This document shows, one piece after another, positions 8,719 through 16,447 of a stretch of DNA of 35,473 nucleotides (within the stretch, counting starts at the first letter, position 1; the number at the start of each line of letters is the position of its first letter). Position numbers and translations under genes: made by a program. This DNA is from an uncultured Candidatus Saccharibacteria bacterium (GTDB taxonomy: Bacteria; Patescibacteriota; Dojkabacteria; SC72), in NCBI GenBank assembly GCA_964546485.1, contig CAZJKB010000001.1, positions 5,140 through 40,612 of the forward strand, in the 5' to 3' direction. Under the pieces are notes generated by a model. The model had not been told where the DNA came from. It saw only the letters and a program-made list of their open reading frames with translations, and ran no database searches.

Positions 8719-10104
8719 TTAATAACAACTTTGAGACCATAATTCTGCCTGTTTATTTACATAACTCCAATATTCCTCAAATGTAGCAGGAATATTAGTT
8801 TCTCCAGGTCTTGCATCTCTCTTTTGTCTATACCAATCATTTTTATATACTGTCATATCCCAAATACATGGAATTTTATATATACCTTTTCCATCAACTC
8901 TAACTTTACAAGGTGTTGATACATAGAAAGGATCTACAGCAGGAGCATTTGATACTAATGTATCTTGTACACCAGCCGGAGCCATAGCTTTTGCATATCC
9001 AGGAGCTGTTCTTCCTTGTACTACATAATCCATATAGAAACCAGCATTTTGATTTTTGACTTCTCTGTATGGTGTACCCATTAAAGCATCAACTTCTAGT
9101 GCATACATAACATTGGCTTTACAATTCTCTGGGTCTGGTTCCTCATAAACAAGATTACCATTTGCATCTTTTACATATTTACCCACAGTACAATCTAACC
9201 AATTTTGTACAGTAACAGAAGCAAAAATTGTAAAGTTAAAAGGAAATTTCTTTGATACACAGCTTTTAAATTCATCTGCACCAGCTACAGGTACCATTCC
9301 CCCATCTCCCGTTTTACAATTTAAACCAGCATATGTTCTATTTCCAACCTTAGCTCCTGGAGATTGAAACATGAAATTTAATACATTACCTGCAACTTTA
9401 TTTGAAAAATCAGGATTAGGAGAAGCACTCTGTACCTTAGGACAAACAGATTGTAATTCTCTCTCTATAACAGCTGCATTTAATGTATAATCTGCATTTT
9501 CTTGATCTGTTTTTAATCTAAGATTAAATTCATAGTTTTCTGTTTTATTATCCTGATTTAATTGATCAACTTCCTGTATACAAGCAGATCCAGGAGGACA
9601 ATATGATCGAGCTTCTGCATATGAAATCATTTGATTTGCATTTTTATATGTTCCATTCATACCTTTATCTGTACTCCATATTGCCATTCTACTATCTTCA
9701 ACATATCGACTTCCAGATAGTATTGCTGTAGGTACAGTAATTTCTGCGATCTCAATAACAGAGTTATCAGTTATTTGAACTCCTTTGCCACCTCTACCTA
9801 TCTCTGTTCCATCTCCAACAGTTATACTTGCACCATCTTGAGTACATATTGGTTGATATTTAAGTCTATTTGCTGCTTCACATGGACTACCACTAGTACA
9901 ACCAGTTCCTAAAACTGCACTTGTTCTATTCGTATTTTGATTTGTTTGAATACTACTATTATTAATCTTTACTGGTTGAAGATTAATTGTAGATTGACCA
10001 AATACTTTACTAACTACATTTTCACCACTAAAAGCACTATATATCCCAAAAAGAGATATAACTAAAAAGAGTAATAATAAAAGGTTGTTTCTTTTCATAT
10101 TCAT
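8719..10104 (-). CDS. Secreted cysteine-containing protein, unknown function
   Basis: 461-aa ORF starting at ATG. It has a clear signal peptide, MNMKRNNLLLLLFLVISLFGIYSAFS. About 13 Cys are spread through the mature protein, which ends ...WSQSCY. There is no further TM helix and I recognise no family by eye. Confidence 0.75.
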   Translation of the reverse strand: MNMKRNNLLLLLFLVISLFGIYSAFSGENVVSKVFGQSTINLQPVKINNSSIQTNQNTNRTSAVLGTGCTSGSPCEAANRLKYQPICTQDGASITVGDGTEIGRGGKGVQITDNSVIEIAEITVPTAILSGSRYVEDSRMAIWSTDKGMNGTYKNANQMISYAEARSYCPPGSACIQEVDQLNQDNKTENYEFNLRLKTDQENADYTLNAAVIERELQSVCPKVQSASPNPDFSNKVAGNVLNFMFQSPGAKVGNRTYAGLNCKTGDGGMVPVAGADEFKSCVSKKFPFNFTIFASVTVQNWLDCTVGKYVKDANGNLVYEEPDPENCKANVMYALEVDALMGTPYREVKNQNAGFYMDYVVQGRTAPGYAKAMAPAGVQDTLVSNAPAVDPFYVSTPCKVRVDGKGIYKIPCIWDMTVYKNDWYRQKRDARPGETNIPATFEEYWSYVNKQAELWSQSCY

Positions 10105-10127
10105 ATCTAGGATTTTACAATATTTCC

Positions 10128-11981
10128 TTAGAAAACTCTATCTATCATATCAATATTTTTCTTTTTTCTTTTAATAAAGAAAGACACTATTAATATGAGA
10201 GATATTAAGGAGAGAATAAATGATGGAATCCATATAGATGTTTTAGGTGTTTCATCCAGATCATCAAGTGAACCACCACCTATACCACCAGCATCATCTG
10301 TGTTAGGTACTGATGCATTATATACTCCATAACTCTTAAGTTTTGCAACTTTTACAGGCTCATTTATAGTCACTGATGATAATACTTTGAGTTGGATATC
10401 GGAATCGGATATTGAAGAGTATTTAATTGTTTCTGTATCTTTATCAAAATATCCAAGGGAAGTGATGATAATACTATCATCATTTGATGCATTGTAATAG
10501 TTTAATCCATCACTAGTCCTTATATCACCAATAGATACTATCCAATTACCTTGATCATCAGGAGTAGCAGATGATTTGGTGGATTTACCTGAACTACCAG
10601 AACCATCTTTATCTTCTATCTCTACAACTATTAAAGCATCTTTCATATTTGATACACCTGTTAGTTTTCCTGATATTGTCTTAAATTCAGGTGGTGAAGA
10701 TAGTGTTTTAAATGTTTTAACACTAAATGGTGCACTATTATTTAATATTGTTGTAGTTCCTGAGATTATTTCAAAAAAATATTCTGTTTCTGGTTGTAAT
10801 CTTGAGAGGGAAACAGAGTGCTGGTAATACTTACCTTTAGATAACATACTGTCTTTTTCATCATAACCTGTATTATCTAGTGCTTGAGCTGTGGTACCAT
10901 ACTTAATATAACCATCTTGTGCTGTATTTGTTGTCCAAGATATTGTAAATCCGGTATCTGTAAGATTTGAAATTAAGACAGATTTATCACCAATTAATAC
11001 ATTGGTTGGTACAGAGGTCTGAGCTGTTGTACCAGCAACAGGATTTATTGATACCTGCTTAACATATCTAAACACTCTAGTTCCTGTATATTCATCATCA
11101 GGATCTTCCACTATTGGTTCTTCTGGCTCTTCAACTACTGGTTCTTCAGGGGTCTCAGGTTCTTCTACAACAGGTGTTTCTGGTACTTCAGGGGTAGTTG
11201 TCTTAACTGATGCAATAATTGCATTTGCAGGGAGTATAGTTGAAACTGAAATAGTACTACTAGTATCTAGTATATATGTACTATTTAACTTACCTTCATT
11301 TGAGAATAGTTCAGAATATCTTCCTGTAATATACTTACCTGCTTCTGATTTTCCTCTAACAAATATTTTTAATTGTGTATCACTTTCAATATCAACCAAT
11401 GTACTACTTCCATCTCTAAGAGCAGAGAGGTCTATTACCCAGTTACCTGCACTACTAGAGGTAGTACTTGCAGGATACATTTTGCTTGAATCAGTAGTTA
11501 TATATACTAAATAATCATCGGATGATACACCTGTTATTGTTCCATAAACAGGTTTAGGAACTGGAGATCCAGATACTAACTTAGAAGTAGTGAATTTAAA
11601 ATCTTTACCATTTTCTGTAGTATATTTTTTTCCATTAGAAGTAATATAGAAAGAATATTCTGTTTCAGGATCTAAATCATTAATTTCAACATGATGAGTA
11701 TATCTTTTACTATTTCCTCTAATATCTAAATATGGTTTAGATTCTTTTCCATTTTTCGTAGTAACTAGAGTACCAAGGGTTTGTGCATCAGTTATCCATG
11801 TTACAGTTATAGAATTAGATGTTAGATTTGATATAACTACACCCTTTGGATCCTCTTGTGGTGCTGCTCCTGTAAAAAATTGAACTGCAAAATATGATGC
11901 TAATACTGTAAAAGGAATAGCTAAAGCAATAATTGCAGTTATTAAGAGATATCTTTTCTTTTGTTTTGACGATACATACAT
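10128..11981 (-). CDS. Surface protein with two FN3 (purple-acid-phosphatase-N-like) plus beta-sandwich modules, a Pro/Glu linker and a C-terminal hydrophobic anchor
   Basis: 617-aa ORF starting at ATG, with an N-terminal anchor YLLITAIIALAIPFTVLASYF. The FN3-like signatures are ITVTWITDAQTLGTLV...RYTHHVEINDLDPETEYSFYITSNG and FTISWTTNTAQDGYIKYG...YYQHSVSLSRLQPETEYFFEIISG. The linker is PEVPETPVVEEPETPEEPVVEEPEEPIVEDPDDE. The C-terminus is ETPKTS-IWIPSFILSLISLILIVSFFI-KRKKKN. Confidence 0.8.
   Translation of the reverse strand: MYVSSKQKKRYLLITAIIALAIPFTVLASYFAVQFFTGAAPQEDPKGVVISNLTSNSITVTWITDAQTLGTLVTTKNGKESKPYLDIRGNSKRYTHHVEINDLDPETEYSFYITSNGKKYTTENGKDFKFTTSKLVSGSPVPKPVYGTITGVSSDDYLVYITTDSSKMYPASTTSSSAGNWVIDLSALRDGSSTLVDIESDTQLKIFVRGKSEAGKYITGRYSELFSNEGKLNSTYILDTSSTISVSTILPANAIIASVKTTTPEVPETPVVEEPETPEEPVVEEPEEPIVEDPDDEYTGTRVFRYVKQVSINPVAGTTAQTSVPTNVLIGDKSVLISNLTDTGFTISWTTNTAQDGYIKYGTTAQALDNTGYDEKDSMLSKGKYYQHSVSLSRLQPETEYFFEIISGTTTILNNSAPFSVKTFKTLSSPPEFKTISGKLTGVSNMKDALIVVEIEDKDGSGSSGKSTKSSATPDDQGNWIVSIGDIRTSDGLNYYNASNDDSIIITSLGYFDKDTETIKYSSISDSDIQLKVLSSVTINEPVKVAKLKSYGVYNASVPNTDDAGGIGGGSLDDLDETPKTSIWIPSFILSLISLILIVSFFIKRKKKNIDMIDRVF
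11094..11195 (-). repeat. Imperfect short tandem repeat encoding the Pro/Glu-rich interdomain linker
   Basis: On the + strand, the octamer ggttcttc occurs at 11116-11123, 11140-11147 and 11158-11165, with spacings of 24 and 18 nt. On the coding strand this gives repeated (E)EP(E/V) units, aa 263-296 of the 617-aa protein. Confidence 0.6.
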
Positions 11982-12048
11982 ACTAAATATGAATATACTT
12001 TATACTAAAAGATATCATGAAAACATCTTAATGTGTATATATTAATTG

Positions 12049-12366
12049 TTATTTTATAAAGCCTTTAATAAAAGATGATATTGATCTAATAGGAACAATT
12101 AATACTTCGTTGAATTCATCTATTGTATTTTTTATATTTCCTAAACTACCTTTAAGTCCTGAAACAACTTCAGATGTATCATCAACTATTTTTCTTGCAC
12201 CTCTGATTATTTCTCTACTATCTTGAATAGTTCCTTGTACTTCTTTTAGAGTATTTGTACTTTCTTTAACAAGCATTGCTACATAGTATAGTATTAATGC
12301 AAGCATTCCTGATAGTACTCCAATAACTATCATCCAATATAGTGCAGGTATTGTGTTTGTATCCAT
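12049..12366 (-). CDS. Small single-pass membrane protein with a coiled-coil tail (DUF948-like by eye)
   Basis: 105-aa ORF starting at ATG. The N-terminal TM is ALYWMIVIGVLSGMLALILYYVAML. It is followed by a heptad-like helical region, KESTNTLKEVQGTIQDSREIIRGARKIVDDTSEVVSGLKGSLGNIKNTIDEF. It lies 18 nt downstream of the 1320-aa gene. Confidence 0.6.
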   Translation of the reverse strand: MDTNTIPALYWMIVIGVLSGMLALILYYVAMLVKESTNTLKEVQGTIQDSREIIRGARKIVDDTSEVVSGLKGSLGNIKNTIDEFNEVLIVPIRSISSFIKGFIK

Positions 12367-12384
12367 AATTATAAATATATAAAA

Positions 12385-15300
12385 TTAATTAGAACCTGGT
12401 TTACCATGAGAAGAACCTCCTGGATTCCAAATTATCGATTTGGTATTATTATCTGTTCCCTCAAATTTAACTATTCTTACAAAATATCCTAGATCTCTTG
12501 ATATTGGGAAATCAAATCCATAGGTAGTTCCATCAGATACTTGTAATCCCTCATATTTACCTTTTGATGTTGGCCACCATGTTACATTATCTGCTGTTAA
12601 TCCACCAACAGAATTAATAGAATCAATAAATGATTTAGCTGTATATGTTGTTGTATAACCATTAACACCTACTAAGTTCCAACCTGATGAAAGAGCTACA
12701 GGTATAGAAGATTTAATATTTAATGCTGGAATATCCATTGAAAAATCAAAGTTTGATTGTAATAAATAACCTCGTCCTAATACTAATGTGAAATCATTAC
12801 CAATAAACTTAGAAAAATCACTCTCATTTACTCCAATACCTGATACCCATTTTCCTCCCTCAAAATATGAAATACTTTTTATGAAATTACCATTAAAATT
12901 TAAAAGCTTTAGTAATTCACCTGCAGTCATAGGTTTACTCCCATCCGAAGATAGTATTGCTGGGAATGAGACAATATTAATACCTCTTTTCAAGTTTAAT
13001 TTAAAATTCGAAGATATCTTCTCAACAATTATATCTTCACTTGTTAAATCTATTAATTCATCTCCAGCTGTTAAACCTTTATAACCATCTTTTTCAACAT
13101 ACAGAGAAATATCTGAATCTGTATTTGGAATAGAATATTTGAAATCCTTGCCATCAACCTTAATTGAGTATATTCCTGCCTCAGGGAATAGCTTTAATGT
13201 TCGAACATTAGCATCAACACCTAGTACAGAGGTAATACCTTTAACATTTGAATTAGCTACACATTCACTTTTTGTTTTTCTTAATGCATCATTTACTAGA
13301 TTACCACTACATTTCTTTTCTCCCCAGCTACTTAATTTTGTTTCAGTATTATAACAGCAATAACCACAACTCTGAATATCTCTATCAGTCGAGGTCCAAC
13401 CAGTTCCGACTCCATTAGCATCGGACCATCGTAACTCACCATTCATATTCCCACTCCAACACACTTTCTGATACAAATCCATATTCACAGAATTACTTGA
13501 ATCACTATTAATACAACTATACTGTGTAGTTAAGTTAGGGAAGCTTTTCAATTTATCTTTCTTGATTCTTGGATCATTATGTAGCAGCCACGATGAAATA
13601 TAATATGTACCAAAATCTTTTCCATAACAACCATAACCTTTTGATCCCAAGTCAATATTGGAACAATCTGCATAGCCAACAACCTTTTCATTAGATTCAC
13701 ATTTTGAGTCTGTATGCATAGAGTTATCAGTTCTTTGACAACATACCTTTTGATTAGAAAATGCACAGAAGGCATTATCCCTAATCTTGCCTCCAGATAC
13801 TTCACAAGCATTTCGAGTTTTTGGGGTTGAACTATTTGAACAACAAATTTTAGACATTTCTACTGGTTTAATATCTTCACATTTTCCTTTTCCTAAAATC
13901 TCCTGATCAACCCTACAATATGAAGCATTAACTAAACTCCCATCACTAGTTTTACAACATACTGCTTGATTAGGGATAGAACAGTATCCAGAATCTATTT
14001 CTTTGGTACATTCTGATTTTTTCTTTAATATTCCAGTAATATTGTTTCCTCCAGTCCTTTGACAACATACTTTTTCATTTAAGTACTCATTTAAATCACC
14101 ACAATATTTTTGTCCCGTTTGTAAATCAAGTAATAAATAATATGAAGACCCAACCTCAAGATTGGCTGAACAACTTAATGATATATTACCAACAACATCA
14201 GGTGCACAACCTGTAGGTTTATCAAATCTATCTAATTCTATATGATAAAACTTCTTACAACTCTTACCATCCCATTTACCTGTTGAAGGATCACAATTAG
14301 TCTTACCACTTGATGCAGTACATTCACCTGTACTTTGATCCTCTGGAATTACAGGAGGAATAACAACAACTTTTTTACTACACTTATTGGTATAATCTGC
14401 ACAGTTCTCGGTTTTTGATATATTGAAAGTATCCGAACCACCATCTGTAGTATAACCAGGTTTTATATTACTACATTTACATTGTATTTGATCATTCTCA
14501 GGTTCCGGAGCTAAATCAGGAATTGAAGTAGGATTGTATATACCAATACATTTTTTCAAGTCTTTATCAAAAGCAGAACCCTCAGAACATGTATAACAAA
14601 CTCCATTACATACAGTTCCTTTTTCTTCTTTACATCCCTTAACATCGGGTACAAATGTTTGATTGGTCCCATTACAACTATCTGGTCTTGTATTAATATT
14701 AGATGCACTAACATCTTCACAACCCACAGGAATTGCTAAATTATTATCTTTATAATACTTTACACTTTTACATAATTGACCGTTAGATTGAACTTTTGGT
14801 GTACAATCACCGCCAACACATTCTATTTCTCCTCTTGAATAATTTGCACATGATGCAGGTCTACAATCATCACCTATTTTATAATACTTACTTGCAGATT
14901 TACTATAACAGTAACAGCCAGCATTCTCTGTACAATCTTTCGCCAGCTCACCACTACAATCATTTGGTATTGCCTTATTATCTACATTTGTTGTTCCCCC
15001 AGACTGTGGATATATCCTACATTTAGTAGTAGACCCATCTAGACAACCATAAGGACAATCCTGTGCACAATTAAACTCCTTTTCTCTTGAAACACAATTC
15101 CCTTTTGCATTACATTTATGAGTTGCTTGATTACAAGTTGCTGCAGAACATGTTGCACTAGTAGATCCGCCCCCATTGTTAGGTGTTGTAGTTTTCTTTG
15201 TGCAAGACCATCTGCCTGTTGCTCCTCCTGGAACACATTGACATTCATAATCTCCTTCTGTTCTTTTTTCACCAAAATACTTCGAATTACATACATCACC

Positions 15301-16347
15301 AGATTTAGTTGCATATACATCACTACTAATAATATCTATTAGTTGAGATTGCATAATCTTTTCATCAATAAATATCTCAAATTTCTTAAAAATATCTCCC
15401 CTATATTTATCAGGAACTCCACCAAGAATATTATCTGCAGGACTATCATTTTTACCCCATATATACTGGGTCTGATATACCTCTTTTATATTTTCAACCT
15501 GTGCTGATATCTTTAGATAGTCAATATTATCTTTATAGTAGTTAGTTGCAAGTGATCCATCATTTTTTCGAAAATTTGATTTATCAATTGTCCAACCAGC
15601 ATCCTTATTAGTTACAGAAGAAAGTACATTAGAGATTTCTTTATCATCTCCATAGGCATACATAAATACTATGGAATCGGTATTTAGGTTCTCTTCAATA
15701 AACCCATCTTTATTATATACACCTGATAATACTTTTCCGTATGCAGGATTAGGTGTTGGTATATTTTCTGGTTCTGAGAATGTATTAAAAGAAAAAGTAT
15801 CAATTGTTTTGAATTCATACTCTCCAATATTTTGTTTTACACTATTAATATTCCAACTTCTTAACCCATTTGAAACTCTAAAATAGTATTTAGTATTAGG
15901 ATTTAAGTTAAATATTGTTGCATGATGTACATAATATTTTCCAAGTTTAGTTACTTTAATATTTTCGAAATCTTGAGAGTCTATCTCTGAATTATATTCA
16001 CTATCTACATTTTTAAGTGCATCTTTAGTTATTTTTTCAAGTCTTTCTGATAGTGCTTGATTATAATCTCTATCATCATAACCTTTTGTATACCCACTCC
16101 AAGGAAAGAATTCATCTTTATCATTTGCCAAAACTACTCCACTATCTGCCCTATCAGTTACCCATGATATTGTCGCAGAACTTCCTGTAATATTTGATAC
16201 CCTAACCTTAAGAGGTGTATTTGTTAATGAATATACTAATGATACTAAAAGATACCCCAATCCAAGTATAATTCCAATCAATAAAACATATTTAAGAACA
16301 CCCCAGACAACTTGTTTAACTCTTGTGATATTTAGTGCAAATTTCAT
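12385..16347 (-). CDS. Giant (1320 aa) membrane-anchored surface protein: FN3 plus beta-sandwich module, a cysteine-rich core of about 680 aa, and a duplicated C-terminal beta module
   Basis: Starts at ATG. The N-terminal anchor is VWGVLKYVLLIGIILGLGYLLVSLVY. The FN3-like signature is ATISWVTDRADSGVVL...YYVHHATIFNLNPNTKYYFRVSNG. All of the roughly 62 Cys lie between aa 353 and 1029 (nt 13261-15294), with none before or after. A CC-containing module is repeated five times (VCCQRT, VCCKTS, ICCSNS, VCCQRT, YCCYNT). Confidence 0.85.
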   Translation of the reverse strand: MKFALNITRVKQVVWGVLKYVLLIGIILGLGYLLVSLVYSLTNTPLKVRVSNITGSSATISWVTDRADSGVVLANDKDEFFPWSGYTKGYDDRDYNQALSERLEKITKDALKNVDSEYNSEIDSQDFENIKVTKLGKYYVHHATIFNLNPNTKYYFRVSNGLRSWNINSVKQNIGEYEFKTIDTFSFNTFSEPENIPTPNPAYGKVLSGVYNKDGFIEENLNTDSIVFMYAYGDDKEISNVLSSVTNKDAGWTIDKSNFRKNDGSLATNYYKDNIDYLKISAQVENIKEVYQTQYIWGKNDSPADNILGGVPDKYRGDIFKKFEIFIDEKIMQSQLIDIISSDVYATKSGDVCNSKYFGEKRTEGDYECQCVPGGATGRWSCTKKTTTPNNGGGSTSATCSAATCNQATHKCNAKGNCVSREKEFNCAQDCPYGCLDGSTTKCRIYPQSGGTTNVDNKAIPNDCSGELAKDCTENAGCYCYSKSASKYYKIGDDCRPASCANYSRGEIECVGGDCTPKVQSNGQLCKSVKYYKDNNLAIPVGCEDVSASNINTRPDSCNGTNQTFVPDVKGCKEEKGTVCNGVCYTCSEGSAFDKDLKKCIGIYNPTSIPDLAPEPENDQIQCKCSNIKPGYTTDGGSDTFNISKTENCADYTNKCSKKVVVIPPVIPEDQSTGECTASSGKTNCDPSTGKWDGKSCKKFYHIELDRFDKPTGCAPDVVGNISLSCSANLEVGSSYYLLLDLQTGQKYCGDLNEYLNEKVCCQRTGGNNITGILKKKSECTKEIDSGYCSIPNQAVCCKTSDGSLVNASYCRVDQEILGKGKCEDIKPVEMSKICCSNSSTPKTRNACEVSGGKIRDNAFCAFSNQKVCCQRTDNSMHTDSKCESNEKVVGYADCSNIDLGSKGYGCYGKDFGTYYISSWLLHNDPRIKKDKLKSFPNLTTQYSCINSDSSNSVNMDLYQKVCWSGNMNGELRWSDANGVGTGWTSTDRDIQSCGYCCYNTETKLSSWGEKKCSGNLVNDALRKTKSECVANSNVKGITSVLGVDANVRTLKLFPEAGIYSIKVDGKDFKYSIPNTDSDISLYVEKDGYKGLTAGDELIDLTSEDIIVEKISSNFKLNLKRGINIVSFPAILSSDGSKPMTAGELLKLLNFNGNFIKSISYFEGGKWVSGIGVNESDFSKFIGNDFTLVLGRGYLLQSNFDFSMDIPALNIKSSIPVALSSGWNLVGVNGYTTTYTAKSFIDSINSVGGLTADNVTWWPTSKGKYEGLQVSDGTTYGFDFPISRDLGYFVRIVKFEGTDNNTKSIIWNPGGSSHGKPGSN

Positions 16348-16378
16348 TAAAAAAGAAAATAATATATTACATATTATA

Positions 16379-16408
16379 TATATAACTATGTATTTAACTT
16401 AATGTCAA
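16379..16408 (-). promoter_or_regulatory. Candidate sigma70-type promoter for the eight-gene surface cluster
   Basis: The minus strand reads TTGACA (complement of 16403-16408), an 18-nt spacer, then TATATA (complement of 16379-16384). This sits about 30 nt upstream of the ATG at 16347. The background is very AT-rich, so the -10 assignment is soft. Confidence 0.4.
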
Positions 16409-16433
16409 TAAACTATATTAATTAGAATAAATC

Positions 16434-16442
16434 TGAGATAAT
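16434..16442 (+). promoter_or_regulatory. Extended -10 element (TGaGATAAT) 5 nt upstream of the rsmE ATG
   Basis: tgagataat at 16434-16442, then acact, then ATG at 16448. There is no purine-rich SD in between. Confidence 0.45.
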
Positions 16443-16447
16443 ACACT

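Noticed and set aside
11982-12048. A possible small hairpin or internal terminator (AAGAT-N11-ATCTT on the minus strand) and TATAAA box in the 67-nt gap after the 105-aa gene.
   Set aside because: The stem is only 5 bp with an 11-nt loop and no convincing U-tract. This is indistinguishable from chance in AT-rich DNA.
1973-16347. Reading the cluster as a prophage tail module or tailocin, because of the tape-measure-like M23 protein.
   Set aside because: No terminase, portal, capsid, sheath/tube, baseplate or integrase gene is present, and I saw no att-like flanking repeats. The neighbours are membrane and signal-peptide proteins, and the flanks are core genes. A distant evolutionary link for the 990-aa protein is still possible.
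1973-16347. Reading the cluster as a canonical type IV secretion or conjugation system, based on a VirB6-like membrane protein plus a wall hydrolase.
   Set aside because: There is no VirB4/VirD4/relaxase ATPase anywhere in the 35 kb, and no VirB8- or pilin-like gene I could recognise. The VirB6 resemblance is topological only. I kept it as a hypothesis to test, not as a call.
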